Of a DNA stretch of 64,000 bases, positions 1-9,705 are shown one piece after another. Each line of letters opens with the position of its first letter. Within the stretch, counting starts at the first letter, position 1. Below the pieces are notes generated by a model. That model saw nothing but the letters and a program-made list of their open reading frames with translations. It did not search any database and was not told where the DNA came from. The position numbers and the translations under genes are program-made. This stretch comes from Candidatus Lustribacter sp. (GTDB taxonomy: Bacteria; Vulcanimicrobiota; Vulcanimicrobiia; Vulcanimicrobiales; Vulcanimicrobiaceae). The stretch is from positions 992,001 to 1,056,000 of the forward strand of contig OZ255842.1 of assembly GCA_965277805.1 (NCBI GenBank), in the 5' to 3' direction.

Positions 1-372
1 GACGGCCTCGGCAAAGCGTTCGTTCAGCTTTTCGAGGTTAGCGGTTTCGCGCACCATCGCGTCGCGAACGACGTGAGCCAGGTCGCGAAAATGGCGGTAG
101 AACGTGCCGTACGCAAGCCCCGCTTCGCTGGCAACCATGCCGGTCGAAATCGACGCCAGCTCGTTGGACTCCAGCAGCCGTTCGACCGCGTCGAGCAGAC
201 GATCGCGCGAGCTCGGCCGCGCTTTGCGCTCCGGCGAGAGCGTGCCCTCGCCCTCAACGCGTCCCAAGTACGTCCACTTGCCGCGCACGCGCCGGGTCTC
301 CGGATCGCGGTACGATTCGACGCGATAGCGATAGGCGCGGCCGCTCACGCGCTTGATGACTTCGTATGCCAC
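1..372 (-). CDS. TetR/AcrR-family regulator with extra N-terminal beta-rich domain (partial, runs off window start)
   Basis: Not in the ORF track because it has no stop in the window. Manual translation from GTG at 372 gives MAYEVIKRVSGRAYRYRVESYRDPETRRVRGKWTYLGRVEG...SRDRLLDAVERLL...ISTGMVASEAGLAYGTFYRHFRD, which contains a typical TetR HTH. Confidence 0.8.
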   Translation of the reverse strand, partial: MAYEVIKRVSGRAYRYRVESYRDPETRRVRGKWTYLGRVEGEGTLSPERKARPSSRDRLLDAVERLLESNELASISTGMVASEAGLAYGTFYRHFRDLAHVVRDAMVRETANLEKLNERFAEAV

Positions 373-458
373 GCCGCAATCCTCCGACAGGCCGGTGAGA
401 TTTCACTCATTGCGTACCTTCGACAACCCCTTGCCTGCTCGTTCTGGCAAGGAGCGTC

Positions 459-2339
459 GTGAAGAATTCTTTACTAAAGACCGGCAAGCTCCAGACCGGC
501 CTGACGGTGGCCGCCCTCGGCGTGGTCTACGGCGACATCGGGACGAGCCCGCTCTACACCCTCAAGACGTGCTTCACGGCCGCCCACGTCGGCGTGACCC
601 CGGAGAACGTGCTGGGGATCCTTTCGCTCATTGCGTGGGCCCTGATCATCGTCGTCTGCGTCAAGTACGTGGGCATCGTGATGCGCGTCGACCACGATGG
701 CGAAGGCGGCATCCTGGCCCTGCTGGCGCTGCTGCTGGCGCGGCCCGAACGCGGCATCCCGCCTAAAGCGACCTGGTTTCTCGTGATCGTCGTGGTTGGC
801 GCGGCGATGCTCTTCGGCGACGGGGTGATCACGCCGGCGATCTCGGTCATCTCGGCCGTCGAGGGCATCGGCGTCGCGACCAGTGACGCGCAACCCTGGA
901 TCGTGCCGATTTCGCTCGCGCTGATCGTCGTGCTGTTCTGGATCCAGCGGCGCGGCACGGAGAAGGTCGGCGCCCTTTTCGGCCCGGCGATGTTCGTCTG
1001 GTTCATCAGCATCGCGGCGGCCGGTATTGTGGCGATCGTCGCCCGCCCGGGGGTGCTCTGGGCGATCGATCCGCGTCATGCCGTTCACTTTGCCACCCAC
1101 AACGGTCCCGGCGGCTTCTTCGTGCTGGGCGGCGTCGTGCTGTGCGTGACCGGGGTCGAAGCGCTCTACGCCGACCTCTCGCACTTCGGGCGCAAGCCGA
1201 TCGCGCTGGCCTGGTACGGCCTCGTCTGGCCCGCGGTGACGCTCTCGTATCTCGGTCAGGGCGCGCGCCTGCTCACCGACCCGCACGCCTTCGAGAACCC
1301 GTTCTATTCGCTGGTCTCGGGGCCGCTCTTGATTCCGATGGTCGTGCTCGCTACGGCCGCCACGATCATCGCTTCGCAGGCGCTGATCTCTGGGGCGTTC
1401 ACGCTGACCGAACAGGCCATCGCCCTGGCGTTGTGTCCGCGCATGGAAGTCATTCATACGTCGAACCGCTATCCGGGCCAGGTGTTCGTGCCCGCGATCA
1501 ACCTCACGCTGGGTGTCGGGTGCGCGATCCTGATCCTGACGTTCAAGTCGAGCGACGCGCTTGCCGCCGCCTACGGTCTTGCGGTAGCCGTGACGATGGC
1601 GGCGACGTCGGTTGCGTTCTATCTCGTCATCGTGCGCGTGCGTGGCTGGAACCCGGTGCTCGCGGTGCTCACGCTGGCGTGCTTCCTGCTCGTCGACGGC
1701 AGCTTCATCATCGCGGGCTTGCCGAAGTTTCTCGACGGCGGCTACGTTCCGTTTGCCATCAGCGCCGCGCTCACGACGATGGCGCTGACGTGGCTCGAAG
1801 GACGGCGCTGCATCGCGATCAGCCTGCACGATCAGATGGAACCGGTCGAGCAGTACCTGACGGAAACGCGCGGCCTCGCGCTACCGGCGGCCAACGGCAC
1901 GATGGTGTTTCTCACCGGCGATCCGAACGGCGTGCCGTTCATGCTCAAGCACCGCTGGCTGAAGCGGCGCGCGTATCACGAACGCATCGTGCTGCTCAAC
2001 CTCTCGCGCGTGCAAGGGCCGTATGCAGATCCGAACAACCGCGTGACGATCGAGAAATCCTCGGACCGTCTGGTGCGCGTGATCGCGTACTTCGGCTACA
2101 TGGAACCGCCGCGCATCAAGAGCGTTCTCGAAGCGTGCAGCGAGAACGGCCTGCACATGCAAGACCCGGAGACCTCGTTCTTTTACGCCGACCCGAAACT
2201 CGTGCCGGCCGCGCACGGCATGCCGCGCAGTCTGCGCTGGCTCTTCGGCGTGCTCGCGCGCAACTCGCGCCCGCTACCGGACGACTTGCAGATCCCGGCC
2301 GACCGCCGCGTGGAGATCGGCCTCGAAGTCGGGATCTAG
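459..2339 (+). CDS. kup: KUP/HAK/KT potassium uptake transporter
   Basis: Motifs ALGVVYGDIGTSPLY, DGEGGILAL, DGVITPAISVISAVEG, TGVEALYADLSHFG; about 12 TM segments; 626 aa. Confidence 0.96.
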   Translation: MKNSLLKTGKLQTGLTVAALGVVYGDIGTSPLYTLKTCFTAAHVGVTPENVLGILSLIAWALIIVVCVKYVGIVMRVDHDGEGGILALLALLLARPERGIPPKATWFLVIVVVGAAMLFGDGVITPAISVISAVEGIGVATSDAQPWIVPISLALIVVLFWIQRRGTEKVGALFGPAMFVWFISIAAAGIVAIVARPGVLWAIDPRHAVHFATHNGPGGFFVLGGVVLCVTGVEALYADLSHFGRKPIALAWYGLVWPAVTLSYLGQGARLLTDPHAFENPFYSLVSGPLLIPMVVLATAATIIASQALISGAFTLTEQAIALALCPRMEVIHTSNRYPGQVFVPAINLTLGVGCAILILTFKSSDALAAAYGLAVAVTMAATSVAFYLVIVRVRGWNPVLAVLTLACFLLVDGSFIIAGLPKFLDGGYVPFAISAALTTMALTWLEGRRCIAISLHDQMEPVEQYLTETRGLALPAANGTMVFLTGDPNGVPFMLKHRWLKRRAYHERIVLLNLSRVQGPYADPNNRVTIEKSSDRLVRVIAYFGYMEPPRIKSVLEACSENGLHMQDPETSFFYADPKLVPAAHGMPRSLRWLFGVLARNSRPLPDDLQIPADRRVEIGLEVGI

Positions 2340-3214
2340 ACGGAGACTTTTTCCGGCGTCTTCAGGCTTAGGCGCGCGATCATGGCCGGGGTCGGCAGTT
2401 TGATGTCGCGGGCCAGGCGCAGCCACGCGAGCACCTTGATCGTGTAATACGTGAAGTCGACTTCGAACCAGCGTAGTCCGTGACGCGCCGAGAACGGGAA
2501 CGCGTGGTGGTTGTTGTGCCAGCCTTCGCCCCACGCGAGGATCGCGACCCACCAGTTGTTGGTCGACTTATCGCCGGTGCGGAAACTCTGATAGCCGGTC
2601 ATGTGGGCGGCGCTGTTGACGAGCCACGTGATGTGATACGTCACGACGCAGCGGACGAAGATGCCCCAGATCAGCCACGACCAGCCGCCGATCGCGAGCA
2701 GCACGAGGCCGAGCGCGACTTGCCACAGCACGTACGTGTTCTCGAGGAACTGATAGAACTTCGAGTTCGCGAGATCGGGCGCGAGGCGCATCTGTTCTTC
2801 TTTGCTCAGCCGCGCGTCGTTGCGGCGGTACAGCCACGCCATGTGGCTCCACCACGCCCCGCGATGGATGTCGTGCGGATCGCCGGCGCGATCGGTGTTG
2901 GCGTGATGCGCGCGATGCGTCGCGATCCATTCGATCGGACCGCCTTGCAGCGCGAGAACGCCGATGATCGCGATCACCGGTTCCAGGAAACGATTCACGC
3001 GCAGGCTGCGGTGCGTGAGCGTGCGATGGAAGCCGAGCGTAATGCCCCAGGCGCCGGTGATGTAGTAGAGCACCAGCATCACGACGACGGCGCTCCAGCT
3101 GAACGTGCCCGGTATCAAGGCGCAGAGTGCGCCCAGGTGGACGACGCCGAGGCCGATGCCCGTGGTAAGGCCTCGCGGATCGAAGGGACGCGCGGAGCTT
3201 GATTTCATCGTCAT
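2336..3214 (-). CDS. Membrane fatty acid (delta-9-type acyl-lipid/acyl-CoA) desaturase
   Basis: His boxes HRTLTH, HRAHH, HNNHH and GEGWHNNHHAFP. The start is probably ATG at 3214 or 3208, not the long upstream ORF start. Confidence 0.92.
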   Translation of the reverse strand: MTMKSSSARPFDPRGLTTGIGLGVVHLGALCALIPGTFSWSAVVVMLVLYYITGAWGITLGFHRTLTHRSLRVNRFLEPVIAIIGVLALQGGPIEWIATHRAHHANTDRAGDPHDIHRGAWWSHMAWLYRRNDARLSKEEQMRLAPDLANSKFYQFLENTYVLWQVALGLVLLAIGGWSWLIWGIFVRCVVTYHITWLVNSAAHMTGYQSFRTGDKSTNNWWVAILAWGEGWHNNHHAFPFSARHGLRWFEVDFTYYTIKVLAWLRLARDIKLPTPAMIARLSLKTPEKVSV

Positions 3215-3334
3215 TGAACGTGCGCTTAGGAGCGGCAAACTCCTGGGTACGGAAGGGTCAATTCTGAGCCTGGAAACGCCCGGCGGGCCGCTCCCCGGTT
3301 TACCGTACGGAATTTTGTGGAAAAGCTGAGTACA

Positions 3335-3532
3335 ATGGATACCTTGATTACGTGCCCCTGCGGCCATACGCTCGCTTCCCATGACACCGAGGGATGCTTC
3401 GGGGAACGGCTCCGTCCGTGCCACTGCCGCCGCGATCGGGCCACCGCGCTGGATGCCGCGGTCAACGTGGTCCGGACGCCCCAGATGCCGGCCGGTTATT
3501 CCGTAGCCTCGCCCAACCGGCTGACCGCGTAA
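3335..3532 (+). CDS. Small Cys/His-rich protein, putative metal-binding
   Basis: 65 aa MDTLITCPCGHTLASHDTEGCFGERLRPCHCRRD...; CxCGH-H-GC-CxC pattern; fills the gap between the desaturase and the rpoB promoter. Confidence 0.6.
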   Translation: MDTLITCPCGHTLASHDTEGCFGERLRPCHCRRDRATALDAAVNVVRTPQMPAGYSVASPNRLTA

Positions 3533-3574
3533 TCCCCTCGTCTTAAGGCGTCCTCGGCTCGTCGAACGGCGCCC

Positions 3575-3603
3575 TTGACCTCGCTTTCGGGCGGGTGTAA
3601 CAT
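3575..3603 (+). promoter_or_regulatory. Sigma70-type promoter of rpoB
   Basis: TTGACC (3575-3580), 17-bp spacer, TAACAT (3598-3603); about 120 nt upstream of the rpoB ATG. Confidence 0.7.
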
Positions 3604-3726
3604 AGACGCCTATGCCAATCGGCGGGTAGCGCGAGAAAGAGCGGGGACCCTCTCCATCGTCATGGGGAGACCTAGCCTTTTTTGCATTTCTGAGGTTGGC
3701 GCGCTCGAATAGGTGATTGTACGGTA

Positions 3727-6700
3727 ATGGCTTCCAAGACGACGGCGGAAAAACCCAAGACTTCCCGGAGTAAAAAAGCAGCGGCACCGGCCGCTGAACC
3801 AGCCGCGAACGGAACCGCGATCAAGGCGCAAAACATCGCAAGCGCCTCTTTCGTCGTTCCCGAAGAGGCGTTCACAGTAGAGCTGCCCGACGATCCGGGC
3901 CCGGCGCGCAAGCGTCATACCTTCGCGAAGATCCCCGATGTCCTGAATCTGCCCGATTTGATCGAGCTGCAGAAGGCTTCGTTCAAGTGGTTTATCTCCG
4001 ACGGGCTGATGGACGCGTTCAACTCGATCTCGCCGATCAAGGACTTCACGGGCAACCTCGTGCTGGAGTTCGGCGACCACAGCCTCGGCGAGCCCAAGTA
4101 CTCGGTTGAGGAATGCCGCGAACGCGACATGACCTACAGCGCGCCGCTGCGCGTCCGCGTCCGTCTTATCACGGCGGAGTCGGGCGAAATCAAGGGTATC
4201 CCCGACCAGGAAATCTTCATGGGCGATTTCCCGCTCATGACCGACAAGGGCACGTTCATGATCAACGGCGCGGAGCGCGTGATCGTGAGCCAGCTCGTCC
4301 GCTCGCCGGGCGTGTACTTCTTGCAGGACGCCGACACCAACAACCGCCCGACGTTCAACGCGACGATCATCCCCAACCGCGGCGCTTGGATCGAATTCGA
4401 AACCGACAACGGCACGAAGAACGACGAGACCGAGGGCACGATCGGCGTCCGCATCGACAAGAACCGCAAGATCTACGCGACCACGTTCATCCGCGCGCTC
4501 TCGCGGCCCGACATGGGCTACGACTGGCAGAGCGATGAAGCGATTCTTGCGCTCTTCGACGGCTCGCCCTTGATCGCGAATTGCCTTGAAAAAGACAAGG
4601 ACATCAAGACCAAGGAAGACGCGCTCAAGGAAATCTACAAGAAGCTGCGTCCCGGCGAACCCGAGAATGCCGAAAACGCCGAGAAGCTGCTCGAATCGCT
4701 GTTCTTCGATGAGAAGCGCTACGATCTCGCCGGCGTCGGCCGCTACAAGCTCTCGGGCAAGCTCGAGAAAGAGTACGTCGCCGCGGGCGTCTCGGTGCCG
4801 CAAGTCGACAAGAAGGCGCTGACGCGCGACGACATGATCGCGGTCATCCGCCGCTTGATCAAAGTCGCCACGGGCAAAGTCCACAAAGACGACATCGATC
4901 ATCTCGGTAACCGCCGCATCCGCTCGGTCGGCGAATTGCTGCAGAATCAGTTCCGCGTCGGTTTGCTGCGTCTCGAGCGCGTCGTGCGCGAGCGCATGAC
5001 CGTGCAAGACATCGAAACCGTCACGCCGCAGGCGCTGATCAACATCCGCCCTGTCGTGGCCGCCATCAAAGAGTTCTTCGGCTCCTCGCAACTCTCGCAG
5101 TTCATGGACCAAACGAACTCGCTCGCCGAGCTCACGCACAAGCGGCGTCTGTCCGCCCTCGGGCCCGGCGGTCTGTCACGCGAACGCGCCGGCTTCGAAG
5201 TCCGCGACGTCCATCACAGCCATTACGGCCGCATCTGCCCGATCGAAACGCCGGAAGGCCCGAACATCGGTCTGATCGGTTCGCTCGCGACGTTCGCGCG
5301 CGTCAACCGCTACGGCTTCATCGAGACGCCCTATCGCGTCGTCAAAGACGGTATCGTCACCGACGAGATCCGTTACTTCACGGCCGATCGCGAAGACGAC
5401 TACATCGTGGCGCAAGCCAACACCACGATGGACGCCAAGGGCAAGATCACCGCGAATACGGTTATCGCCCGGTACGCGGAAGAATACGTCGAGGAGCCGC
5501 CGGACAAGATCCAGCTCATGGACGTTTCGCCGAAGCAGATCGTGTCGGTCGCGACGGCCCTGATTCCGTTCCTCGAACACGACGATGCGAACCGCGCCTT
5601 GATGGGCGCGAACATGCAGCGTCAGGCCGTGCCGTTGCTTCGTCCGCAGTCGCCGATCATCGGCACCGGCATGGAGTATCGCGCTGCCAAGGATTCCGGC
5701 GGTTGCGTGCTCGCACGCGCCAACGGTGAAGTCATCTCCGTCGATGCGAAGGCCATCGGCCTCAAGCACGACGAGGACGGCCTCGATCACGAGTACGACC
5801 TGCTGAAATTCACGCGCTCGAATGCGGGCACGTGCATCAACCAGCGCCCGATCGTCAAGGTCGGCGATCGCGTCGTGCGCGGCCAGATCCTCGCCGACGG
5901 TCCGTCGTCGGATGTCGGTGAGCTCGCCCTGGGTCAGAACGTGTTCGTCGCGTTCATGCCGTGGGAAGGCTACAACTACGAAGACGCCATCCTGATCAGC
6001 GAACGCATGGTCAAGGACGATCGCTTCACCTCGATTCACATCGAAGAGTACGAGTGCGAAGCCCGCGACACGAAACTCGGGCCCGAAGAAATCACGCGCG
6101 ACATTCCGAACGTCGGCGAAGATTCGCTCAAGGATCTCGACGAGAACGGCATCGTGCGCATCGGCGCCGAGGTTCGTCCGGAAGACATCCTCGTCGGCAA
6201 AGTCACGCCCAAGGGCGAGACCGAGCTGACGGCGGAAGAGCGCCTGCTGCGCGCGATCTTCGGTGAGAAGTCGCGTGAAGTGCGCGACACCTCGCTGAAA
6301 GTTCCCCACGGCGAAAAGGGCAAGATCATCGACGTCAAGCGCTTCTCGCGCGAAAACGGCGACGAGCTCTCGCCCGGCGTCAACCATCTCGTCCGCGTCT
6401 ACGTCGCGCAGAAGCGTAAGATTCTGCAAGGCGACAAGATGGCCGGCCGTCACGGCAACAAGGGCGTCATCGCCAAAGTGCTGCCCGAAGAAGACATGCC
6501 GTATACGGAAGACGGCCGTCCGGTCGACATCGTGCTCAATCCGCTGGGCGTGCCCTCGCGCATGAACCTCGGTCAGATCATGGAGACGCATCTCGGCTGG
6601 GCCGCATCGATGCTCGGCTTCCACATCGCAACGCCGGTCTTCGACGGTGCGCATGCGGAAGATATCGCCGAGTGGCTGATGGATGCCGGACTTCCGTCTG

Positions 6701-7617
6701 ACGGTAAGACCTGGCTGCGCGACGGGCGCACCGGCGACCGCTTCGGCCGTCCGATCACCGTCGGCTACATCTACATGCTCAAGCTCGCGCATCTCGTGGA
6801 CGACAAGATCCACGCGCGCAGCACCGGTCCGTACTCGATGATCACGCAGCAGCCCCTCGGCGGTAAAGCGCAGTTCGGCGGCCAGCGGTTCGGCGAGATG
6901 GAAGTCTGGGCGCTCGAAGCGTACGGCGCAGCGTACACGCTGCAAGAACTTCTCACGGTCAAGTCCGACGACGTCGTCGGCCGCGTGAAGACGTACGAAG
7001 CGATCGTCAAGGGTGAGAACGTGCTCGAGCCCGGCGTGCCGGAATCGTTCAAGGTTCTCATCAAGGAGCTCCAGTCGCTGGCGCTCGATGTCAAGGTGCT
7101 CACCGAAACGCGCGAAGAAGTCGAGATCCGCATCGCGGACGACGATATGTCGGAGCGCGCGCAAGAGATCGGTCTGCTCATGGGCGACGAAGATCCGCGT
7201 CTTTCGCAGACGGCACTCGCCGAACGCGAAGCGGAAGTCGAACGCATCCCCGTACCGGGCGTACCGGTCGAGGGCGAAGAGCCGGCCGAAGGCGATGCCG
7301 TCGGTGAAGTTGAGGAAATCGAAGAGGAAGAGGAAGAGCTCGATGATTCGGCTCCGCTCGTGTCGCCGTCGGCGAAGCGCGGCGGTGACGAAGATCTGAT
7401 CCCGACCTCACCGCTGGGCGGACTCCGCGCAACGATGACCGATGACGGCGAAATCGTGGTTGATGAAGTCATCGACGACGAGATCCCGGTCGCCGGCGTC
7501 GTTGAAGAAGAGGAAGAAGACCAGGGTTACGTCCTCGAGGAAGACGACGAAGAGATTTCGGAAGAGGAAGAAGAGGACGAAGGTCCGCTCGCTCACTCGA
7601 CCGACGACGACTACTAG
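3727..7617 (+). CDS. rpoB: DNA-directed RNA polymerase subunit beta
   Basis: Motifs [60 protein letters not shown]; basic N-terminal and acidic C-terminal extensions. Confidence 0.99.
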   Translation: MASKTTAEKPKTSRSKKAAAPAAEPAANGTAIKAQNIASASFVVPEEAFTVELPDDPGPARKRHTFAKIPDVLNLPDLIELQKASFKWFISDGLMDAFNSISPIKDFTGNLVLEFGDHSLGEPKYSVEECRERDMTYSAPLRVRVRLITAESGEIKGIPDQEIFMGDFPLMTDKGTFMINGAERVIVSQLVRSPGVYFLQDADTNNRPTFNATIIPNRGAWIEFETDNGTKNDETEGTIGVRIDKNRKIYATTFIRALSRPDMGYDWQSDEAILALFDGSPLIANCLEKDKDIKTKEDALKEIYKKLRPGEPENAENAEKLLESLFFDEKRYDLAGVGRYKLSGKLEKEYVAAGVSVPQVDKKALTRDDMIAVIRRLIKVATGKVHKDDIDHLGNRRIRSVGELLQNQFRVGLLRLERVVRERMTVQDIETVTPQALINIRPVVAAIKEFFGSSQLSQFMDQTNSLAELTHKRRLSALGPGGLSRERAGFEVRDVHHSHYGRICPIETPEGPNIGLIGSLATFARVNRYGFIETPYRVVKDGIVTDEIRYFTADREDDYIVAQANTTMDAKGKITANTVIARYAEEYVEEPPDKIQLMDVSPKQIVSVATALIPFLEHDDANRALMGANMQRQAVPLLRPQSPIIGTGMEYRAAKDSGGCVLARANGEVISVDAKAIGLKHDEDGLDHEYDLLKFTRSNAGTCINQRPIVKVGDRVVRGQILADGPSSDVGELALGQNVFVAFMPWEGYNYEDAILISERMVKDDRFTSIHIEEYECEARDTKLGPEEITRDIPNVGEDSLKDLDENGIVRIGAEVRPEDILVGKVTPKGETELTAEERLLRAIFGEKSREVRDTSLKVPHGEKGKIIDVKRFSRENGDELSPGVNHLVRVYVAQKRKILQGDKMAGRHGNKGVIAKVLPEEDMPYTEDGRPVDIVLNPLGVPSRMNLGQIMETHLGWAASMLGFHIATPVFDGAHAEDIAEWLMDAGLPSDGKTWLRDGRTGDRFGRPITVGYIYMLKLAHLVDDKIHARSTGPYSMITQQPLGGKAQFGGQRFGEMEVWALEAYGAAYTLQELLTVKSDDVVGRVKTYEAIVKGENVLEPGVPESFKVLIKELQSLALDVKVLTETREEVEIRIADDDMSERAQEIGLLMGDEDPRLSQTALAEREAEVERIPVPGVPVEGEEPAEGDAVGEVEEIEEEEEELDDSAPLVSPSAKRGGDEDLIPTSPLGGLRATMTDDGEIVVDEVIDDEIPVAGVVEEEEEDQGYVLEEDDEEISEEEEEDEGPLAHSTDDDY

Positions 7618-7659
7618 ACTCCAACGTCTAGCAGCAATCTCGAGGGCGGCGTTTGGCCG

Positions 7660-9045
7660 GTGTCGCGACGACGCCGTGCCTACGCCGCCCTCATTTTAGG
7701 CACGATCCTCACCGCGATCGATTCATCGATCGCGAACATCGCGCTCCCCACGATCGGCCGCGAATTGCACGTGCCGCCCGCGCAAACCGTGTGGGTGGCG
7801 AGTGCGTATTTGCTCGCCATCACGATGTCGCTTTTCGCGGTATCCTCGCTCGGACAATCGCGCGGGCCGACGCGCGTGTGGGGACTCGGCGTCGCGCTGT
7901 TCACGTTCGGTTCGCTGCTGTGCGCGATCAGCCACGCGTTTCCGGTCTTGATCGCCGCGCGCGCCGTGCAAGGCTGCGGTGCGGCCGCGATCATGTCGCT
8001 CTCACCCGCGCTCGTGCGCGACGTCTATCCGCGTTCGCTGCTCGGTCATGCGTTCGGCTTGAACGCGATGTACACGAGCATCGCCGCCGCGATGGGCCCG
8101 ACGCTCGGCGGAATGATGCTGGCGGTCTTGCCGTGGCAGTGGCTCTTCGCGATCAACTTGCCGATCGCGTTCGTGATCGTGCTGCTCGCGCGCGGCGCGC
8201 TGCCGAACGTCGGCGGAACGGGCGCGCGCATCGATCCGCTCAGCGCGCTGACGAGCGCCGTCGGTTTCAGCGCGCTGATCTACGGTCTCGACGGCTTCGC
8301 GCGCCACGATCCGCTGCCGCTGGTGCTCGGGGAAATCGCCGTGGGCGTCGCGATGTTCGGCTGGTTCGTGCGGCGTCAGTTCACGCTGCGGGTGCCGATG
8401 ATCTCGCTCGATCTTTTCCATCTGCCGCGCTTCTCCGTGGCCGCGCAGGCGAGCCTCAGCGGCTGGTCGGCGTGGAGCATCGGCGTGATCGCGCTGCCGT
8501 TCTTCTTGCAGTTGGAACTCGGCATGTCGCCGCTGCAGTCGGGCTTGCTCATGACGTCGTGGCCGATCGCAAACGCTGTGGTCGCGCCGATCACCGGCTA
8601 TTGGTCCGATCGCTACGCGGTCGGCTGGATCGCAACCGGCGGCCTCGTCGGCTTCACGCTCTCGCTGCTCGTGTTCTTGTATGCGGTCATGCATCCGAAC
8701 GTCGCGCTGCTGTTCGTCGCCGGTCTCTTGGCGGGCGGCAGCTGGGGCATCTTCCAAACGCCCAACAACCGCGAACTGATGGGCGCCGGACCGCCGGAGA
8801 AATCCGGCAGCACCGCTGCAATCTTCGCATCGCTGCGCGTGGCGGGTCAGACGTTCGGCGCGTCGCTCGCCGCGATCGTCTTCGCCTCGTTCGCTCCGTC
8901 GATCGGCGCGCACGTCGAACCCGCAGCATTGCACACCGCGGTCGTCGCCGCGTTGAGTCTCGCGAGCGCGTTCAGCCTACTCGCAACGTTCGTCAGCGCG
9001 CAGCGCGCATTCCGCGACGGCTTCCACTACCATCCGGTCCACTAG
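7660..9045 (+). CDS. MFS drug:H+ antiporter (DHA2/EmrB-QacA-like, 14 TM)
   Basis: IDSSIANIALPTI, ARAVQGCGAA, GPTLGG, WLFAINLPI motifs. Confidence 0.9.
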   Translation: MSRRRRAYAALILGTILTAIDSSIANIALPTIGRELHVPPAQTVWVASAYLLAITMSLFAVSSLGQSRGPTRVWGLGVALFTFGSLLCAISHAFPVLIAARAVQGCGAAAIMSLSPALVRDVYPRSLLGHAFGLNAMYTSIAAAMGPTLGGMMLAVLPWQWLFAINLPIAFVIVLLARGALPNVGGTGARIDPLSALTSAVGFSALIYGLDGFARHDPLPLVLGEIAVGVAMFGWFVRRQFTLRVPMISLDLFHLPRFSVAAQASLSGWSAWSIGVIALPFFLQLELGMSPLQSGLLMTSWPIANAVVAPITGYWSDRYAVGWIATGGLVGFTLSLLVFLYAVMHPNVALLFVAGLLAGGSWGIFQTPNNRELMGAGPPEKSGSTAAIFASLRVAGQTFGASLAAIVFASFAPSIGAHVEPAALHTAVVAALSLASAFSLLATFVSAQRAFRDGFHYHPVH

Positions 9046-9659
9046 TCTTCGGTGTGCGGCTCGCGTGAGATCAGTCGCAGATACTTGCGCCCTTCGAACG
9101 ACGAGTCGGCCTCGATGCGCTTGAACGTCTCCTCGCGCACTTGTCCCGCAACCTCGCGCCGCGCGCGTACGGCCGCTTCGAGTTCGCGGAACGTGCGTTC
9201 GAACTCATCACCCTCGAGCGTGGCGATCGCCGACTTGAGCCGGCTGATGTCGTTGTTGATCTGGCCTTGTAGCTCGCTCGATACCGCGCGCTCGACGCTC
9301 GTGATGCGGCTGAGCAGGCTGTTGAGTTCTTCGACGGTCGGCAAGCCGTAGGCACTGCGCGAGGGTTCCGGACGCCGGGCGGGCACGCGCGCGCCGCGCA
9401 GCGGCTGCGGGGCGTTGAAGTCGGCGTAGAGGCGGATGATCGAGGCGATCTTCTGCGGCCCCTTCGGCGACTGCAGACCCTCGGCCATGCCGGCCATGAT
9501 CAACCGCGAACGCAGCGCCGTATCTTTGATGACGCGCAGATGCTGCGGGTCGACCCCGTGCGGCCGGCGGTGCGCGCCATAGAAGTCACTCTCCGAAGCC
9601 AACGGCAATGCCATGGCTTTTTCCCAAAGTGACATGCGAGCGCGGGCGGTTGTATCCAC
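9042..9659 (-). CDS. Hypothetical protein, helical C-terminal half
   Basis: 205-aa ORF with host-like codon usage directly downstream of the chemosensory operon; no family recognised. Confidence 0.6.
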   Translation of the reverse strand: MDTTARARMSLWEKAMALPLASESDFYGAHRRPHGVDPQHLRVIKDTALRSRLIMAGMAEGLQSPKGPQKIASIIRLYADFNAPQPLRGARVPARRPEPSRSAYGLPTVEELNSLLSRITSVERAVSSELQGQINNDISRLKSAIATLEGDEFERTFRELEAAVRARREVAGQVREETFKRIEADSSFEGRKYLRLISREPHTED

Positions 9660-9705
9660 GTAGCAACGGTTACTCGACTCGAGTTAACTCACCTTTGCCG
9701 GAATG

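Noticed and set aside
373-458. c-di-AMP (ydaO) riboswitch upstream of kup
   Set aside because: The intergenic region is only ~85 bp and shows no recognisable riboswitch consensus.
3650-3683. Intrinsic terminator in the rpoB leader
   Set aside because: The T-run is 8 nt from the stem, so it is not a canonical terminator; kept only as part of the speculative leader finding.
3215-3787. Long N-terminal extension of the desaturase ORF, and similar extensions on the ORF-track calls for cheR, GGDEF, GntR and hydantoinase A
   Set aside because: They overlap neighbouring genes or promoters and lack homology-like content; downstream starts fit family N-termini and stop/start coupling.
5065-5290. Rifampicin-resistance-type RpoB
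   Set aside because: Key cluster I residues (Q, D, H, R, S in SQFMDQ...THKRRLSAL) are wild type; the NSLA variant alone is not enough to call resistance.
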